This document shows positions 39,806 through 54,896 of a DNA stretch of 64,000 nucleotides, in pieces. Made by a program: the position numbers and the translations under genes. Source of the DNA: Eledone cirrhosa (lineage: Eukaryota). The DNA lies in the NCBI GenBank assembly GCA_964016885.1, contig OZ024754.1, positions 27,032,001 to 27,096,000 of the forward strand. The letters are read 5' to 3'. Numbering within the stretch: position 1 is the stretch's first letter; each line of letters starts with the position of its first letter. Below the pieces are notes generated by a model. That model did not search any database, was not told the origin of the DNA, and saw only the letters and a list, made by a program, of their open reading frames with translations.

Positions 39806-40615
39806 TAATATCTTCAACACATAAGCATTGCTACCACTGGTTTAAAACCATGCACGTGGCTTACATTGTGCATCTGCACACTCATATGTAATTTATTAAG
39901 TTGGAGTCAGGGCTTGTTGGCATTTGCGTACATGTTATGAACACACTTGAAACTATACGTATATAATTTAAATTGGAATTTAATGATTAAATAGTTATGC
40001 CATTTATAATAATATATCTTATTTCTCTCTCCTATTTTTATCTCCCATTTCTTATTTAGCCAGTTGGTGAACATTAGTCAATTATCTCTATTACAAAATA
40101 CAACTAATCGCATGCCATGGCCCATTTACCTCGAGGGAACTGTAGAGGCAACGTCATGAGATATGACGATTCGAGAAGATTTCAAACCAGGTCTGAACAC
40201 AGACGATTTCTTTCTGAGAAAGTGTGAAAGAGAAATAGAGATATTTGAAGTCAAAGTTCAGAGAGTTGGAGGGAAAAGCCACAACGAATTCTATCCGTTG
40301 TCCTAACATAAATTAGAAATGAAGAGAAGGAAAACAATTTATCTACCGCTTATCTTAGATGTTTAAACTTTCACACAATTTGCTGCACCAAGAAAGATTT
40401 TAAAATGATACAACTAAATTAATAAGAAAAAGCGACTCTTCAGTTGAATATATTTACAAATAAGAAGAGAGCAAAAAAAAAAAAAAAAAGAGGAGGGTGA
40501 ATATAGATGAAGTTATATACCTTAAGTTGTATAATGCGAACAATTACCTAATCTCGTTCAATGATTAAAATGCAATTGAATAAAGCAGTAATTACTATTG
40601 CAATCATCATGAAAG

Positions 40616-40683
<68 letters not shown>

Positions 40684-41100
40684 TGTAGTAGTGGCGTTGA
40701 ATATAAATACAATTTTACTAAAATACCATTCCTGCTATGAAGCCAAAGATGAAAGTCATAGTATTTCGGAATGCAAAAAAGTAAACACACACACACACAC
40801 ACACATATATATATGACTATATCTATATCTATCAATCAATCAATCTCTCCCCCTCTCTCTTTATCCCCCTCTCTCTCTGTATATATATATATATATACAA
40901 CTTCAAAATGAAATAATATTCAACATTTGATATTCATAATATCTCAGTAAACAATCTAAAATAACATTAATATTGGAAATCTAAGCCAGAATATATTAAA
41001 TTGAATATTTTCTAAAATGTTTTTTTTTTTAACTGATTCACTCAAGATATTATTTTTCCCACGTAGTTAAACGGAAGACAAAAAAGACATCAAAGATGTT

Positions 41101-41586
41101 CGGCAGAATCAATAGAATGTCAGTAGGATAGTATTCGGAGTTCAAACCCCGACGAGGTCAACTTTACTTGTTATTCTTTCGAGGTCGATAATTAATGGTT
41201 TCTGGTTTAGGCACAACAACTATTTTGTGGGGTTAGGATGAGGGGAAAGTCGATTAAATCGATCCCAGTGTGTTACTGTTGTTTTATCGACCCCTTAAAG
41301 ATGCAAAGCAAAGCTATCATCGGCGGGATTTGAACTCAGAACGTAAAGCATGTTGTTTGACGCTTGCAAATGAACTGAATATTAATAATATTATTATAAT
41401 ATTATTATGGCAGTGTCGGTAGAAGGTCGGACGCCATGCTTTGCAGCATAGACTTACGCCCCTTTACAGTCTGTGTTCAATTCCTGCCGAGGTCAACTTT
41501 GCCTTTCATCCTTACGGGGTCGATAAAATAAGGTGCCAGTAATGTACTGAGATAATTTCTGGCCTTGTGCAAAAAGTAGAAACAAT
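41101..41586. mobile_element. Cluster of three S1-type SINEs in alternating orientation (41101-41190 +, 41197-41365 -, 41408-41586 +)
   Basis: B boxes and the core motif are visible in each. Confidence 0.75.
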
Positions 41587-42104
41587 TATTATGATTCACT
41601 CACGAATACACACACGCACACACACACACACATACACACACACACACACACACACATACACGCACACACACACACGCACACACATATTTATAATTGCTCG
41701 GTTCATAGGTTTCTTTAATAAAAAACATAAAACATACACTGCATGAAGTAATCACATACTGTGTATATAATCAATATAATATTTGTTATTAATAGCATAT
41801 GTTTGCTTCAAAGTTCGCCGAAGTTACCTGCTTATCAAATCTGTCGTATGTATGATAGTGTACATTTTTGTACATTTTTGACTGACAGCCTGTTAAATTC
41901 AACACTGATAGAAGAAAAGGACATTAGTATCTAAAAGAAACAAAAAGCCACACCATGTTTTATTAGTTCGTCAATGATCTTGATCTATAAGTCATTGAGA
42001 TGTAAATAAATAGTAGTTATTTCCAGCTTCGTCATGGGTTTGATTCCTATTAAAGATATTGTTGTTGTTGTTGCAATGGATGCATCTTTAAACATATCAC
42101 TTAG

Positions 42105-42233
<129 letters not shown>

Positions 42234-43709
42234 ATGGCATGTACTATTCTCTTGCAGTGAAGCCTGTTATATCATTAATCGTAAGTTACATTCAATTCCA
42301 CAGTCATTATGTAAAATGTCCACTCATTCCGCTATAACTAATATTGCTTGATCATATATAAAATTTGACAACAATTCGCGGGGCGGCCAGCGCGTGGAGC
42401 CCCATTTGCCCATAATAGAGAAATGGGGAGAGCAGGAGGGACGGAGGCAGTACGGAAGCAGTGACTGAGTATTTGGTTCCATTTTGTTCGGAACTGATAT
42501 ATTAGTAAACAGAAACCGTTATAATTAACTAAGTAGTCAACTAAACACACATTTAACAATGCGAAGTATATAGAAATTAATGTAGTTGATACATTCATCG
42601 TACATACAAGTGTATCCGTAATATGTAATATTTCAACTCAGTATATTACATATAAACACTTAGCTAATATGTGACCAGGTTATTGACACAGTGTTGTACT
42701 TGCCTGGGAGGGGATTTGATTTGAAACCATTGCTGATTTAAAGCCATTACATCATGGAAGAGTAATTTTAGTCATTCAAAAAACACATAAAATCTGTTAA
42801 ATTCAACTTAATTTTACCATTTATTTGTGGGGTTAAAAGATTTCATTGCACTGTTTGCGACCTGGTCACTGGCACAGTTATGTTGCAAACAGTGAGACGA
42901 ACATTTTGAATCTAACAGCATTGAATGGCTAAAATGGTTCTTGTATGTTATAATTGCTTTAGGGTCACAGCATGGTGTCATATCAAATCACTTGTAAGAC
43001 AAGTACAATTCCGAAATGTTAAATATCTTCAGTCATAAAACACCACATGCTTAGCTTGCAGGATATAAAACTTGTTCTTTTTTTTCGAGAAAGAACAAAG
43101 AGTAAAGATAATAGATTAATTAACAATAGTTTTCTATAGAATAAATTCTTCAAGAATTGCAAATAAAAATCTAAAGCGAAAACGTAAAATAAGTTGTTTA
43201 TATAAAATATATAACATTTGGAAAATGAGAATTAATTTTGAAATATACGTATATTATTTAGATGTTATTTTTTTTTAGATCTAGATTTGATTAGAATTTA
43301 ATGAGAGGAGTTACATGTTTTTATTTAATAGGAAAAGGCCTCATGCTATAATGTATGCTCGAGGAAATAAAAAAAATAAGATGTATTCATAAAAACATTT
43401 GTAAATATTTAGAGAGTGAATATATTATGATACTGTTGTCTGTTAATATTGGAATTTTCTTTTTTCATGTAGCCAATGGCAATTTAAAACGATCAACATA
43501 TTTTTTATGTTATAAAGATTACTACTGGTTTAGATATGTTTTTCAGGGTGGATTATATTTCTATTATTTTTCATTCCCTAAAACAACTTGCATACAATTT
43601 AATCAGTTATTTTCTCAGTAATATCAATATTAAAATCTATAAGGCGACTAATTAATTATGGGTGCAACGATAACAGTGTAGTTCAAATTGCAATAACTGA
43701 AGCAGGGGG

Positions 43710-43766
<57 letters not shown>

Positions 43767-43841
43767 ATACATATACGTACACGTACACACAGAAAAGAGG
43801 AAAGATGTGGAACATACATAATAGCTGTAGACTCAAATAGC

Positions 43842-44172
43842 GCAGTATCGGTAGAGGGTCGGACGCCATGCTTTGACGCATAGAGTTACGTCCCTTGCCA
43901 TTCTGAGTTCAAATCCCGCCAAGGTTAACTTTGCCTTTCATCCTCACGGGGTCGATGAAATAAAGTACCAGTAATGCACTGTGTAATTGCTGGCTTTGTG
44001 CCAAAAGTAGAAACAACTATGTATTATATAATATAATATGATATAATATAATATAATATAATATAATATAATATAATATAATATAATATAATATAATATA
44101 ATATAATATAATTGTTTCTACTTTTGGCACAAGGCCAGCAATTACCCAGTACATTACTGGTACTTTATTTTG
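43842..44172. mobile_element. Tail-to-tail SINE S1 pair (43842-44015 +, 44111-44172 -) separated by (TATAA)n
   Basis: The 3' ends face each other across a pentanucleotide repeat. Confidence 0.85.
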
Positions 44173-44175
44173 TCC

Positions 44176-44690
44176 TCCAGGGTGATTTTGGACACCCTGC
44201 AGGACAAAAAACAAAACCTGACAAAGGGCGGAAGAACTCATAAGATCAACAGCCATCCAAAAGTGTGTACATATGTATATACACATGTACATATGTATGT
44301 ATATGTGTATATACATGGGTGCATGTGTATGTATATGCGCAAGGACATAGAAATATTCGGGCTGGACACCCAATCGTTTAAACCACTGGGAGTGAAGGAC
44401 CCTAGCCTTTGTCAGGGCATTCTTCTAGGAGAAGGCAACTCAGGAATCTGGAATAACTTCGATATAAACCTGCGGCTCAGTAGTTACCGATGATGTTGAT
44501 ATTTTCTTCTTTTCGGGTTATAGCTACTGTCGCTCAGAGAGTGGGATTGGCTCAGTGCACAGTCTTTCCACACTTTAAAAAATATCTTCACGCACAGGCA
44601 TTGCATTGCACGATAGAATTAATTAATAATTATTAATAATGGTATATCGTGCAATGACCATACTCGAGGGGGCAGCCATCATGCATGTAT
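44176..44690 (+). mobile_element. Non-autonomous RTE-type element related to 14076-14688
   Basis: Shared ttggaca.cctgcaggac.aaaaacaaaacctg, tagcctttgtca.ggca, agagagtggga.tggct, gcacaggcattg and a ctcga..gcagcca 3' end plus ATGT repeats. Confidence 0.7.
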
Positions 44691-45157
44691 GCATGTATGT
44701 ATGTATGTGAGTGTGGGAGAGCGCATGGAATGATTTATGTTCATATTTGCATATGTAAGTGATGTCTGGTTCCTTCAAACGTGAGTGAGATGTGAGTAAA
44801 TTCCCTTCACAATTGGTACTGTGACAATAAATTAAACCAGATTGAACTAGATTGAAACACACCTCTCCTCTGTCGTATAGTAAAACCATCATATTGATTG
44901 AACTAATATGTGCACATCCGCGAAGCATTAACACATCTTGAAAATGAGCATCTCTCGATCTTTACGTGACTTAACAGTAATATTATGACAGTTATGGCAG
45001 CGTTTATTGCTGGCCACCTAGCGAGAGAGTAAGGAAGTACGAGTGACAATTGCGTTAATCTCTACAATTGGCTGCAATTGCAAGACATTGCTATCGTTAT
45101 TATAGAAATGCTGCAGCTAGTTCATTAATATACACACGCACACAAACACGCGTACAC

Positions 45158-45282
<125 letters not shown>

Positions 45283-45464
45283 CAAACATACACGTACATC
45301 GAAATATATATCTTATATTCTAATGTTACGAAAATAAAGGTATACGTTATGCATATATCTAATTCAAATCCTACAAAATTATAATATTCCTCCATATCTC
45401 ATACAGATATGATTTCGTGTTATTTTGAAACTGTTATAATTTAGTTGTGGAGAGTGCAGTGGCA

Positions 45465-45760
45465 TTCATGTCAACCCTTACCTACGGTAATGAATCTTGG
45501 GTAATGACTGAAAGAATACGATCGCGAACAGAATCGGCCGAAATGAAGTTCCTCCAAACGGTCTTTGGGTTAACATTGCTCGATAGAGTTCGTAGTTCGG
45601 AGATCAGATAGTTATTCCAGTTAGAACCGTTACACTTCTTCGAATTGAAAGATAACAGCTCCGATACTATGGACATGTGGTTAGAATGTCTCAGGAAAGA
45701 ATCACTAGACAGGTTTTACGGGCAAAACCAACAGGTAGGAGACCCAGGGATAGACCCCGA
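45465..45760 (+). mobile_element. RTE-clade LINE 3' fragment
   Basis: Reads TLTYGNESWVMTERIRSRTESAEMKFLQTVFGLTLLDRVRSSEI...YYGHVVRM. Confidence 0.7.
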
Positions 45761-46247
45761 GCAGATGCTTTGCTGTTGTTGTTCGTTTTTGGCTTCAGTT
45801 CACCCCTCCCTGGTTGGCCGAACGTGTGCTTATAGGCATTCTAATTGTGTAAATTCAGAGATGTTTGGCTTCTGTTTCAATCCGGTTGGATACCTATTAA
45901 AAAGAAAAACTAAAAAATCTATCCAATTGCCATTTTGCTGTCGCTATTGACGTGTATGTCAATAAAAAAACCTCGTTGAGATGGTGATTTCGGAGCTGAG
46001 TGTCCGAAGGAGCGGCATAGTAGAAAATTATTGTGGCCTTGAGAATCGTTTTAGCAAAGTTATATTTATATACAGTGGTTTTCAGATAAAATAGCCTTGA
46101 GGCATGCAGTGATATAGATCATGATGTTCCAGCAAATTATTCTACATTTCAACAAAACAATGGAAAAAAACGTAGGGCGTAGTCACAAAGGATTTCACTT
46201 GACATATAGAGAAATATACTTAGGGAGTTTAGGTCTGCATGTATACA

Positions 46248-46286
<39 letters not shown>

Positions 46287-46500
46287 ATTCCTGATGATTT
46301 CTAAAGAATGAAACAGTTCTAGTCCTGTAGAATCTCATCTATATTAAAACTTTTATACTCTGGTATGTATTGAGTACCCTACTTACTGTGGTTACCTCCG
46401 TTTCAACCCGGAATAACTTACCTTATATATATATATATATACATATAGGAACATATATATATATACACACAAACACATATATATATATACACACACACAC

Positions 46501-46572
<72 letters not shown>

Positions 46573-46819
46573 ATACATATATAGACTGTATCTCCTTATA
46601 ACCACATACAATATGTAGATGCATATACTCTATTATTTAGGAGAATTGAAAGAAGCCATTTCTGTATTTCTAAATGTTAAATATATAAACAAAAAGAACA
46701 ACAACAAAAAAACACAGAAAACCAATTACTGCATGTTCCTACAGCAATATTCAATACACGTACATTTGCATATATATAGTTATGCATACATGCATACGAA
46801 CATAGGTATACATATGATG

Positions 46820-46893
<74 letters not shown>

Positions 46894-47144
46894 TATACAT
46901 ATATATAAATATAAATTCAGCGAGAATCGCATTTCGGCGGGTAGAAAAAGCGAAACGCAACGCAAATTCATATATAAATATATATATATGTGTGTATATG
47001 TAAATATATATATATATATGTATATACATATGTGTGTATATTTATGTATATGTATATATATATATATATTTATATATGTATATGTACATATATATATATA
47101 TGTATATATATGCTGCATATATATATCATTTATGTGTGTATATT

Positions 47145-47241
<97 letters not shown>

Positions 47242-47673
47242 ACACATAAATATATATATATATATATATATATACATAAATATACACACATAAATGATAT
47301 ATATATGCATATATACATATATATATATATGTACATATATATATTATATGTATATATATGCATATATATATCATTTATGTGTGTATACTTATGTATATAT
47401 ATATGTGTGTGTATATGTAAATATATTTATATATATATATATATGTATGTACATATGTGTGTATATTTAAGTATATGTATTTATATATATATTTATATAT
47501 GTATATGTACATATACATATATAAATATATATATACATATACATAAATATATATACATATGTGCATACATATATATATATATTTACATATACACACACAT
47601 ATATATACATACATAAGTATACACACATAAATGATATATATATGCATATATATACATATATATATGTACTTAT

Positions 47674-47712
<39 letters not shown>

Positions 47713-47830
47713 ATTGTAAGTATGTATGTATACGTACATACATATATGTATACAGACGTACAGTAGCATGCATATATATATATATATATATACATATATA
47801 CATACGGGTACCCATACATATATGCACGCA
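46820..47830. repeat. Compound (TA)n/(TG)n/(CA)n microsatellite field (similar fields at 15890-16150, 60515-60800, 61165-61780, 63370-63760)
   Basis: Directly visible low-complexity dinucleotide arrays. Confidence 0.95.
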
Positions 47831-48191
47831 TCAGTTTAGCGGACGCTTATTATAACGCCGCTTTGTTCGTTTGTCAACAAACTGAACAGCCTGAATTTAT
47901 GCCATACGGTGTTAAGGCAACCACGTCACCTTTTTGTTCAACACTGACACAGGAACGATGTACTAGTTTCAAGCTTGTTAGCTATCATCAGCACCGTTTA
48001 CCCATCTGCCAGATAGTTGAACGTTCGAAAGTATATACTTTCCTTATGAAAATTAACGGCTGAGCAGCCTAATTTGCATACTGAGTGAGTTAAATCGGTC
48101 AGTCATACCGAAAACGATAAGTTGAAAAAAATGAAAACGAAATTTCATTTCTCACTCTTAGTATGGCACTTACTTAAATGTAAGTGCCATA

Positions 48192-48475
48192 CGACTGACG
48201 ATGGCGATGATGACTGTGACGATGACTGACGATGGCGATGATGACTGTGACGATGACTGACGATGGCGATGGTGACAGTGACGATGACTGACGATGGCGA
48301 TGGTGACAGTGACGATGACTGACGATGGCGATGATGACTGTGACGATGACTGACGATCGCGATGATGACAGTGACGATGGCGATGATGACAGTGACGATG
48401 ACTGACGATGGCGATGATGACTGTGACGATGACTGACGATGGCGATGATGACTGTGACGATGACTGACGATGGTT
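48192..48475. repeat. Minisatellite with a 31-bp unit built from GAT/GAC triplets
   Basis: About 9 copies of gatgactgacgatggcgatgatgactgtgac. Confidence 0.85.
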
Positions 48476-48910
48476 ACGACAACGACCAACAACATTCTGC
48501 GTTCTGGTGCATTTTGTTAATGTAAATATTGATATTTTGTCTGGGGATGTACAATGTTTCTTTTATTGTCAATTAGGATAATGTTGATGTAGTTTAGTAT
48601 TTTTATCTTCCTTGCTGACAGAAATCCATGGATACCTACAAATCAATGTATCATCTTTAGTTTAACAATGCCTAGCATCTCCCACCCCTTCAACCAGAAT
48701 TTCAACAACCAGATTGTATTAACATTTTAATCGAAGTAGAACCGACCTTTCGAGAGTTGTTACCTTAGCAACAAACACAAAAATCCATCAATGATATAGG
48801 TAGGTAGGCTGTTTATAATCTGTTCATGACATTGTATTATTATGTCCACAACAAAAGGTAAATAGCAGCATCTCTTCAATAGCTACTGTACATCGATGTT
48901 GTGAAATAAT

Positions 48911-49095
48911 TGTTTCTACTTTAGGCACAAGGCCAGCAAATACCCAGTGCATTACTGGTACTTTATTTTATAGACCCCGTAAGGATGAAAGGCAAAGTCA
49001 ACCTCGGCGGGATTTGAACTCAGATCGTAATGGGACGTAACTATGCTGGAAAGCATGGCGTCCGACCCTCTACCGATACTGCCAATCCACCGTTC
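48911..49095 (-). mobile_element. SINE S1 with a 12-bp TSD
   Basis: TSD ttgtgaaataat at 48899-48910 and 49096-49107. Confidence 0.9.
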
Positions 49096-49241
49096 TTGTG
49101 AAATAATGATTCAGTATAACTAACGTGAGATACACCTTTCACCTTAGGGTGTATAGTTTTCATCATCCAATTTATCTTCTCGTTTTATCTCTCTTTTTAT
49201 TTCTCTCTTTTGGTCTTTATGATAGTATAAGCAAATAATTA

Positions 49242-49538
49242 AAAATATTTCTTTGATATTGAGAATGATGTGCTCATGCGCAGAGATGTTATAAAACAGC
49301 TTATAAAATAGAGTGAAGCCCCTTAAAAGACGCAAAAAAAAAGTTGCAATCGGCCTCTATAAGGATTCGAACTTCATATCTTCTAGATACCGGATAGACG
49401 GTATCTGAGAGATATGCAATTAATTTCTTCATAGCGGCCGAATTTTCCGACTTTTAAGGGTCTTGATCCTATTTTATAAGATATTTTATAGCATCACTGC
49501 GCATGAACACATCATTCTCAATATCAAATAAATATTTT
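49242..49538. repeat. About 300-bp imperfect palindrome (MITE/fold-back-like) with an internal Pol III B box
   Basis: Arms pair along most of the length, with the centre at agataccg-gataga-cggtatct. GTTCGAATCC at 49372-49363(-) is followed by a T9 run. Confidence 0.7.
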
Positions 49539-50495
49539 CAGCACTTAAAAAAGTCCGAGAGAACGGCTACGTATATTGTTTGTTTGAATATATTTATTTA
49601 GATAAGGAACAAATTAAACATTACAATTAGCAAGAGTAATAGTAGCAAGTCAGTAGTCCTGCATTACGGGCTAATCTGGTTGGCTTGCACAGCTGAATTC
49701 AATTTTGCACAGGGTAAAAAGGAATTATATGCGTTGGATAATATTTCTCTATTATAATTAAGCGGCGAATTCTATAGTTACGCCACCAATACTATAGGTA
49801 AACATTGATCTTCTGGATTATTATAACTTGGAAATTATAAGTGCATATTACGGTGAAAGTAAACAGCATATACAAACCCTATTTCAGAATGAGAAGAGAT
49901 ATTTCTGAATAGGGAATCTGTTAATCGTTCGTTTCTTGTTTCTTGTTGCCTGGACTATTGATGTTAGGTTGAAAGACCAGAAATGTAGGTACAATATAGA
50001 AAGCCCATGGGTTGTAGCAACATAACAATAGCTCTGAGCATACCAGTGGAACAAACTCAATTATAGGTTTTAAACGTTACGGTGAAATAATATCAGATTC
50101 TCAGCAATAAAGAGTAAGCAGATAGAAACAGATTTTACAATCATTGCCTTTCTTAAAGCCACTCCATAAAAAACAAACGTATAATATTTAGGACTACGAA
50201 CAGTTAACTCAGAGGTTCGTGGAAAAAGAAATCTTGTTGTCTGCACAACGATGGTAGCTAACTCAACTTTCAAAGTTTGTATAATTCTAAATATGGTAAA
50301 AATATTCTTAACCATGAACGCACGGCCAAAATAACAGGCAAGAATTTGGCAGTAGGGAATAGCGGCGAAGACAATTGAAGGATTAACTGGTCTGCATACT
50401 GCAGTGTACTTGTGCAAAAGTTAAATCACGCAAAGATCTACTCTGCTTTACATTTTATTCTTTCGGGGTTAATAAAGAAAGTACCTCCCTTAGTG

Positions 50496-50576
<81 letters not shown>

Positions 50577-51390
50577 ATCTCTCTATCTATCTCTCTCTCT
50601 CTCGCTCATCGTGGATGTTTTGCTGAAAGAAGGATGAGAGGGTGTCTGTGATTGCTGGCCACTACAAAAGGGCTTGTAAACCTTTAGTGAAATCATGATA
50701 CTTCATTTATTTATTTTAATTCATGTCGGTGGGGGAATAACGGGTAAATATTTCTAAGCCCATTTCAGAATTTGCTTCAATATTAAAACATTTTAAATTT
50801 CAAAACATTCCATCATATTATATATTTATTCGTTTGAAGATCAAGTCAATAACATTTACAACTCGGTTTGGCAATTTGGTGATGTTTAGCAATATGAAAA
50901 ATCAATTATATTTCATTTCTACATAAAAGAATATTTAGAGTTTTATTTATAAATTAAAAATAAAATAATAATAAATTATTGATACAAACATATAGTTATT
51001 TCATTGAAACTATTTAGCAGACAGAAAACATTCAGTTATATAGTGAATTATTGCAGTCATGTAATTTATTATCGATTCTGAAACAGACTAGTACTTAAAC
51101 TCCTTTAAAACATATTTTTTTTAGATTCTTTTAACGATATCAAAGTATGATGCAAATTCCTCAATAGTATCAATTATCCCTACTGCATTATTGTAGTAAG
51201 TCCGTGCATTATACTAGTAAGTCCGTGTCATCAAAATTGTTGGTGATTTACACACACACACACACACATGTGTGTGTATATATATATATATATATATGTA
51301 CTGAAGTAAAAGTTAGGTGGAAATATCCAAGAGTAGGAGCACTCAGTCCATAGGAAGAGTTTATAATAAATAAGTACAACAGTGACATAA

Positions 51391-51505
51391 ACAGGTACTT
51401 AAGTTTCATTGAGTTCTGGACCCCAACTCATTCAGCCTGTCATATTTCTCTTATGACAGGCTGAATGAGTTGGGGTCCAGAACTCAACGAAGATTAAGTA
51501 ACTGT
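51391..51505. mobile_element. Fold-back with a hammerhead-like motif at 51391-51440 (-)
   Basis: acagg CTGAA tgagtt...aactca at GAAA cttaag TA cctgt. Stems I-III pair but the core is altered. Confidence 0.6.
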
Positions 51506-52514
51506 TGTAATTATATATATATATAAACGGAAAAAATATACGTATACATACTTATATATATATATATATATATATACTTTGACTGAGATCGAAACCCAGA
51601 GCAGGTTCTCCACCGTCTCTAATACCTACCATTAGGCCACGGAGACAGATATTAATTCGGCCGGAGATTTACATTCCCATTTGCCCTTTAAAGCATAACT
51701 TTCCGTATTTACTACGGTTACGAGATGCGGTTTCTTATTCAGGTACAACCTCTGATTTTAGCCTAAGAAAATATCTATATGCGTGTGTAATTTATACACG
51801 CATATATTTATTTTTTTAATTTCAATTGAGTTCTTAACACGTTGGATTGATAATGTTTTTGAAAAAAACTGATTAACCCGCGTGTATATTATTATTATTT
51901 TTTTTCCTCCTTTCGTGGATCGTAGTTGTCTCCCCTTCCCGCTTAGTGACGCTATAATACTTCCTCAGTCAAAAACTGCTGGAATTTCAAATTTGCCGGT
52001 CATTCGATGCGGGAAGGAACAACTTAACAGACACGATTTTTAACTGTGGTAAAAAATGTTTTTCTTATATCAAAGTTTAATGGGCTTCCACTGATGATTT
52101 ATAGGCGCCCACCTAAATATATTCTTACATGAATGTATATTAGGCTTCTACATAAACTGGAAATATTCTCCGAATTTGTAGAAAACTTATAATGAAACAA
52201 TTGTTTGGAAAGAGAGATATATTTTAACTTTAATTATATCTCATAAAATAATACAACTGGCTTTTCCACATAATACATATTGTTAGCACCCCAAACACTT
52301 AAATTGGGTTTATATTAAAATATAACCTAATGTTTGTTGAGTGAGATGGTTACCAGTCAGAAATTAGCTTTAAACTATCTCTGTTATTGTATTAATATAT
52401 ATATATATATATATATATAACTTTAATTTTGATAACTTTGATATATATATATATGTATACACACACACACTAATATATATATTATATATATTATATATAT
52501 ATATATGTATATAA

Positions 52515-52690
52515 TTGTTTCTACTTTAGGCACAAGGCCAGCAATTACCCAGTACATTACTGGTACTTTATTTTATCGACCCCGTAAGGATGAAAGGCAA
52601 AGTTAACCTCGGCGGGATTTGAACTCAGACTGTAAAGGGACGTAACTATGCTAGAAAGCATGGCGTCCAACCCTCTACCGATACTGCCAA
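52515..52690 (-). mobile_element. SINE S1 (further copies at 54316-54490 -, 56648-56831 +, 57135-57239 +, 57868-58063 +)
   Basis: Same head, B box, core and 3' end as the other copies. Confidence 0.88.
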
Positions 52691-52967
52691 TATGCGGTAA
52701 GATCACCGACATAAACGTACATTATAATAACCTGAATAATAAATGGATGACATTACCTTTACAGAAATACTGGGAAATCAGTTTACTGAATATTCATTAG
52801 AGATTTCGGAAGGAATCTCAGATATAATGTCACTGGTTTGATATCGATGTATGATGTGGCGTTATAAGGTCCTTTTTCATTTATTAGATGTAAAAGACAA
52901 AAGGATTCTACAAAGACAAAAGAAAGTTAAAATGACAGTTATAGCTAACTTATGGTTTATCTTAAAC

Positions 52968-53006
<39 letters not shown>

Positions 53007-53445
53007 GCGATGAAATACTAATGATGGTTGGCAAATCACTGATGAGGGACTAATTTTATAATATGTAACCCATGTGCAACCACGCAGTTTTCCTCTTTCT
53101 TCCCATGTTTTTTATATACATATATATATATACATATACACATGCATACATATATATAAACTGTATCTACATACATACACACACACACATATATATATGT
53201 GTGTGTATGTGTATGTGTGCGTATGCATGTCTATATATATAAAACTTTTCCTGAGTTCGGTTATTTTCGTCGCTATGGTCACTGCGACCCGTCTATCGGT
53301 CGCTGTATTTCATATGCAAAGCTGTCTAAACGTAATGTTATAACTCTGGAGTAATATTCTCCATTGAGTGCTTAGCTGCACACCGAAACTACATTCGTTG
53401 GCTTGGCTGCGACCAAAAGCTTCGTTGGTGCTGTACTAACATTTG

Positions 53446-53513
<68 letters not shown>

Positions 53514-53571
53514 TATATATAAGTATATATATATATATATATATATATATAAGTATATATATATACATATA

Positions 53572-53836
53572 TCCCAAAAGTCAGCTCAAAAGTGACACAG
53601 AGGAGACTGAGGTTGGCTGACATGCTCACCGACATCCAGAGTTGACATTGCACTCAGTGCTCCTTTGGGAGCCCCTACATGGACACACTAGAAGAGGAAG
53701 ACCAAGGTTAACATATGTTGATGCCCTAAGGACAGACACTGGTCTGTTGGAGATGCAGAATATGGCAGCGATAATGAGGGACAGAGACCGCTGGAGAGAA
53801 CTCGTCCATGGATCTCGGGAATTTTACCCGCCTTAA
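53572..53836 (+). mobile_element. RTE-X LINE 3' fragment
   Basis: Reads [15 protein letters not shown]...LLWEPLHGHTRRGRPRLTYVDALRTDTGL. Confidence 0.75.
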
Positions 53837-53995
53837 ATAGATAGATATATATACATATATATATACACACACACACACACACGCATATGTATATAAGTAT
53901 TAAGTTGTTAAACAATATTCGATGATTGTGTGAAAGAATGAGTTTTACAGTAGATTGGAAGCACTCAACGGAAAAATAATTTTCAGGAGTTATTA

Positions 53996-54130
53996 ATATT
54001 AAAATATAAGTATTAATAAAATAGATCATCTTTTGATCAATTACATTTTATTATACATGTTTCGAAATATGTATAATAAAATGTAATTGATCAAAAGAAC
54101 ATCTATTTTATTAATACTTATATTTTAATA
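53996..54130. mobile_element. F2-related loopless palindrome folded back at the hammerhead GAAA
   Basis: The axis is tttc|gaaa at 54063/54064. Both arms keep only GAAA Yatgta TA ataaaa. Confidence 0.7.
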
Positions 54131-54851
54131 TATATATATATATATGTAGGTATATATTGAATAGAATTTTAAGGAAAAAGAGGAGGTCAGAAAAATGTGT
54201 GACAAAAGAACTTTAATAAACAAATGAATAACGAACAATAATGATAAAATGAAAATTATATGGGGCGTGTTTGATTCTATTGACAATATTGGCGACATGT
54301 CCTTTCCCAAATATAATTGTTTATACTTTTGGCACACGGCCAGCAATTCTCCGAGTGTATTACTGGTACTTTATTTTATCGACCTGAAAGGATGAAAGGC
54401 AAATTTAACCTCGGCGGCATTTGAACTGAGATCATAATGGACCGTAATTCTATGCTGCAAAGCATGGCGTCCGACTCTCTACCGATGCTGCTAATATATA
54501 TATATATGTGAGGTTTGGGGTGGGGGTGGATCTCAGTCAGTGGAGAAAAGGCAGTTTCCATAACACTTAGAGTATCTGATACTATTGTAACAAAAGGAAG
54601 AAGTAATCTTTAGACCGATGATCTGGTTTGCATTCTTACACCAGAGTGGACGTCAGGGCTTTTCCAAAGCTAATATCTTAAACACTCAGCCACATACGAA
54701 TATCGTAAAATATTTGATCCGATATTCTAACCACTCTATCAATGCTATCTATATGTAAACGAATGTTTAGTAAGACAGAGACGGGGGAACGAAAGAATGC
54801 GAGAATAAAGAGAGAAAACGAAAGTAACAGCAAACGTATCATAAACAGTGA

Positions 54852-54896
<45 letters not shown>

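Noticed and set aside
48145-48495. His/Ser-rich repetitive ORF, or a CRISPR-like array
   Set aside because: It is a 31-bp tandem minisatellite with no unique spacers. The unit is not a multiple of 3 and the context is eukaryotic.
49860-50420. Higher-complexity stretch with a 115-aa ORF as a possible exon or transposase
   Set aside because: No recognisable motif or convincing splice pair in the frames examined. It needs a BLASTx search.
51578-51650. tRNA gene on the minus strand (A box TGGCCTAATGG, weak B box)
   Set aside because: No cloverleaf or acceptor stem. More likely a decayed tRNA-derived repeat head.
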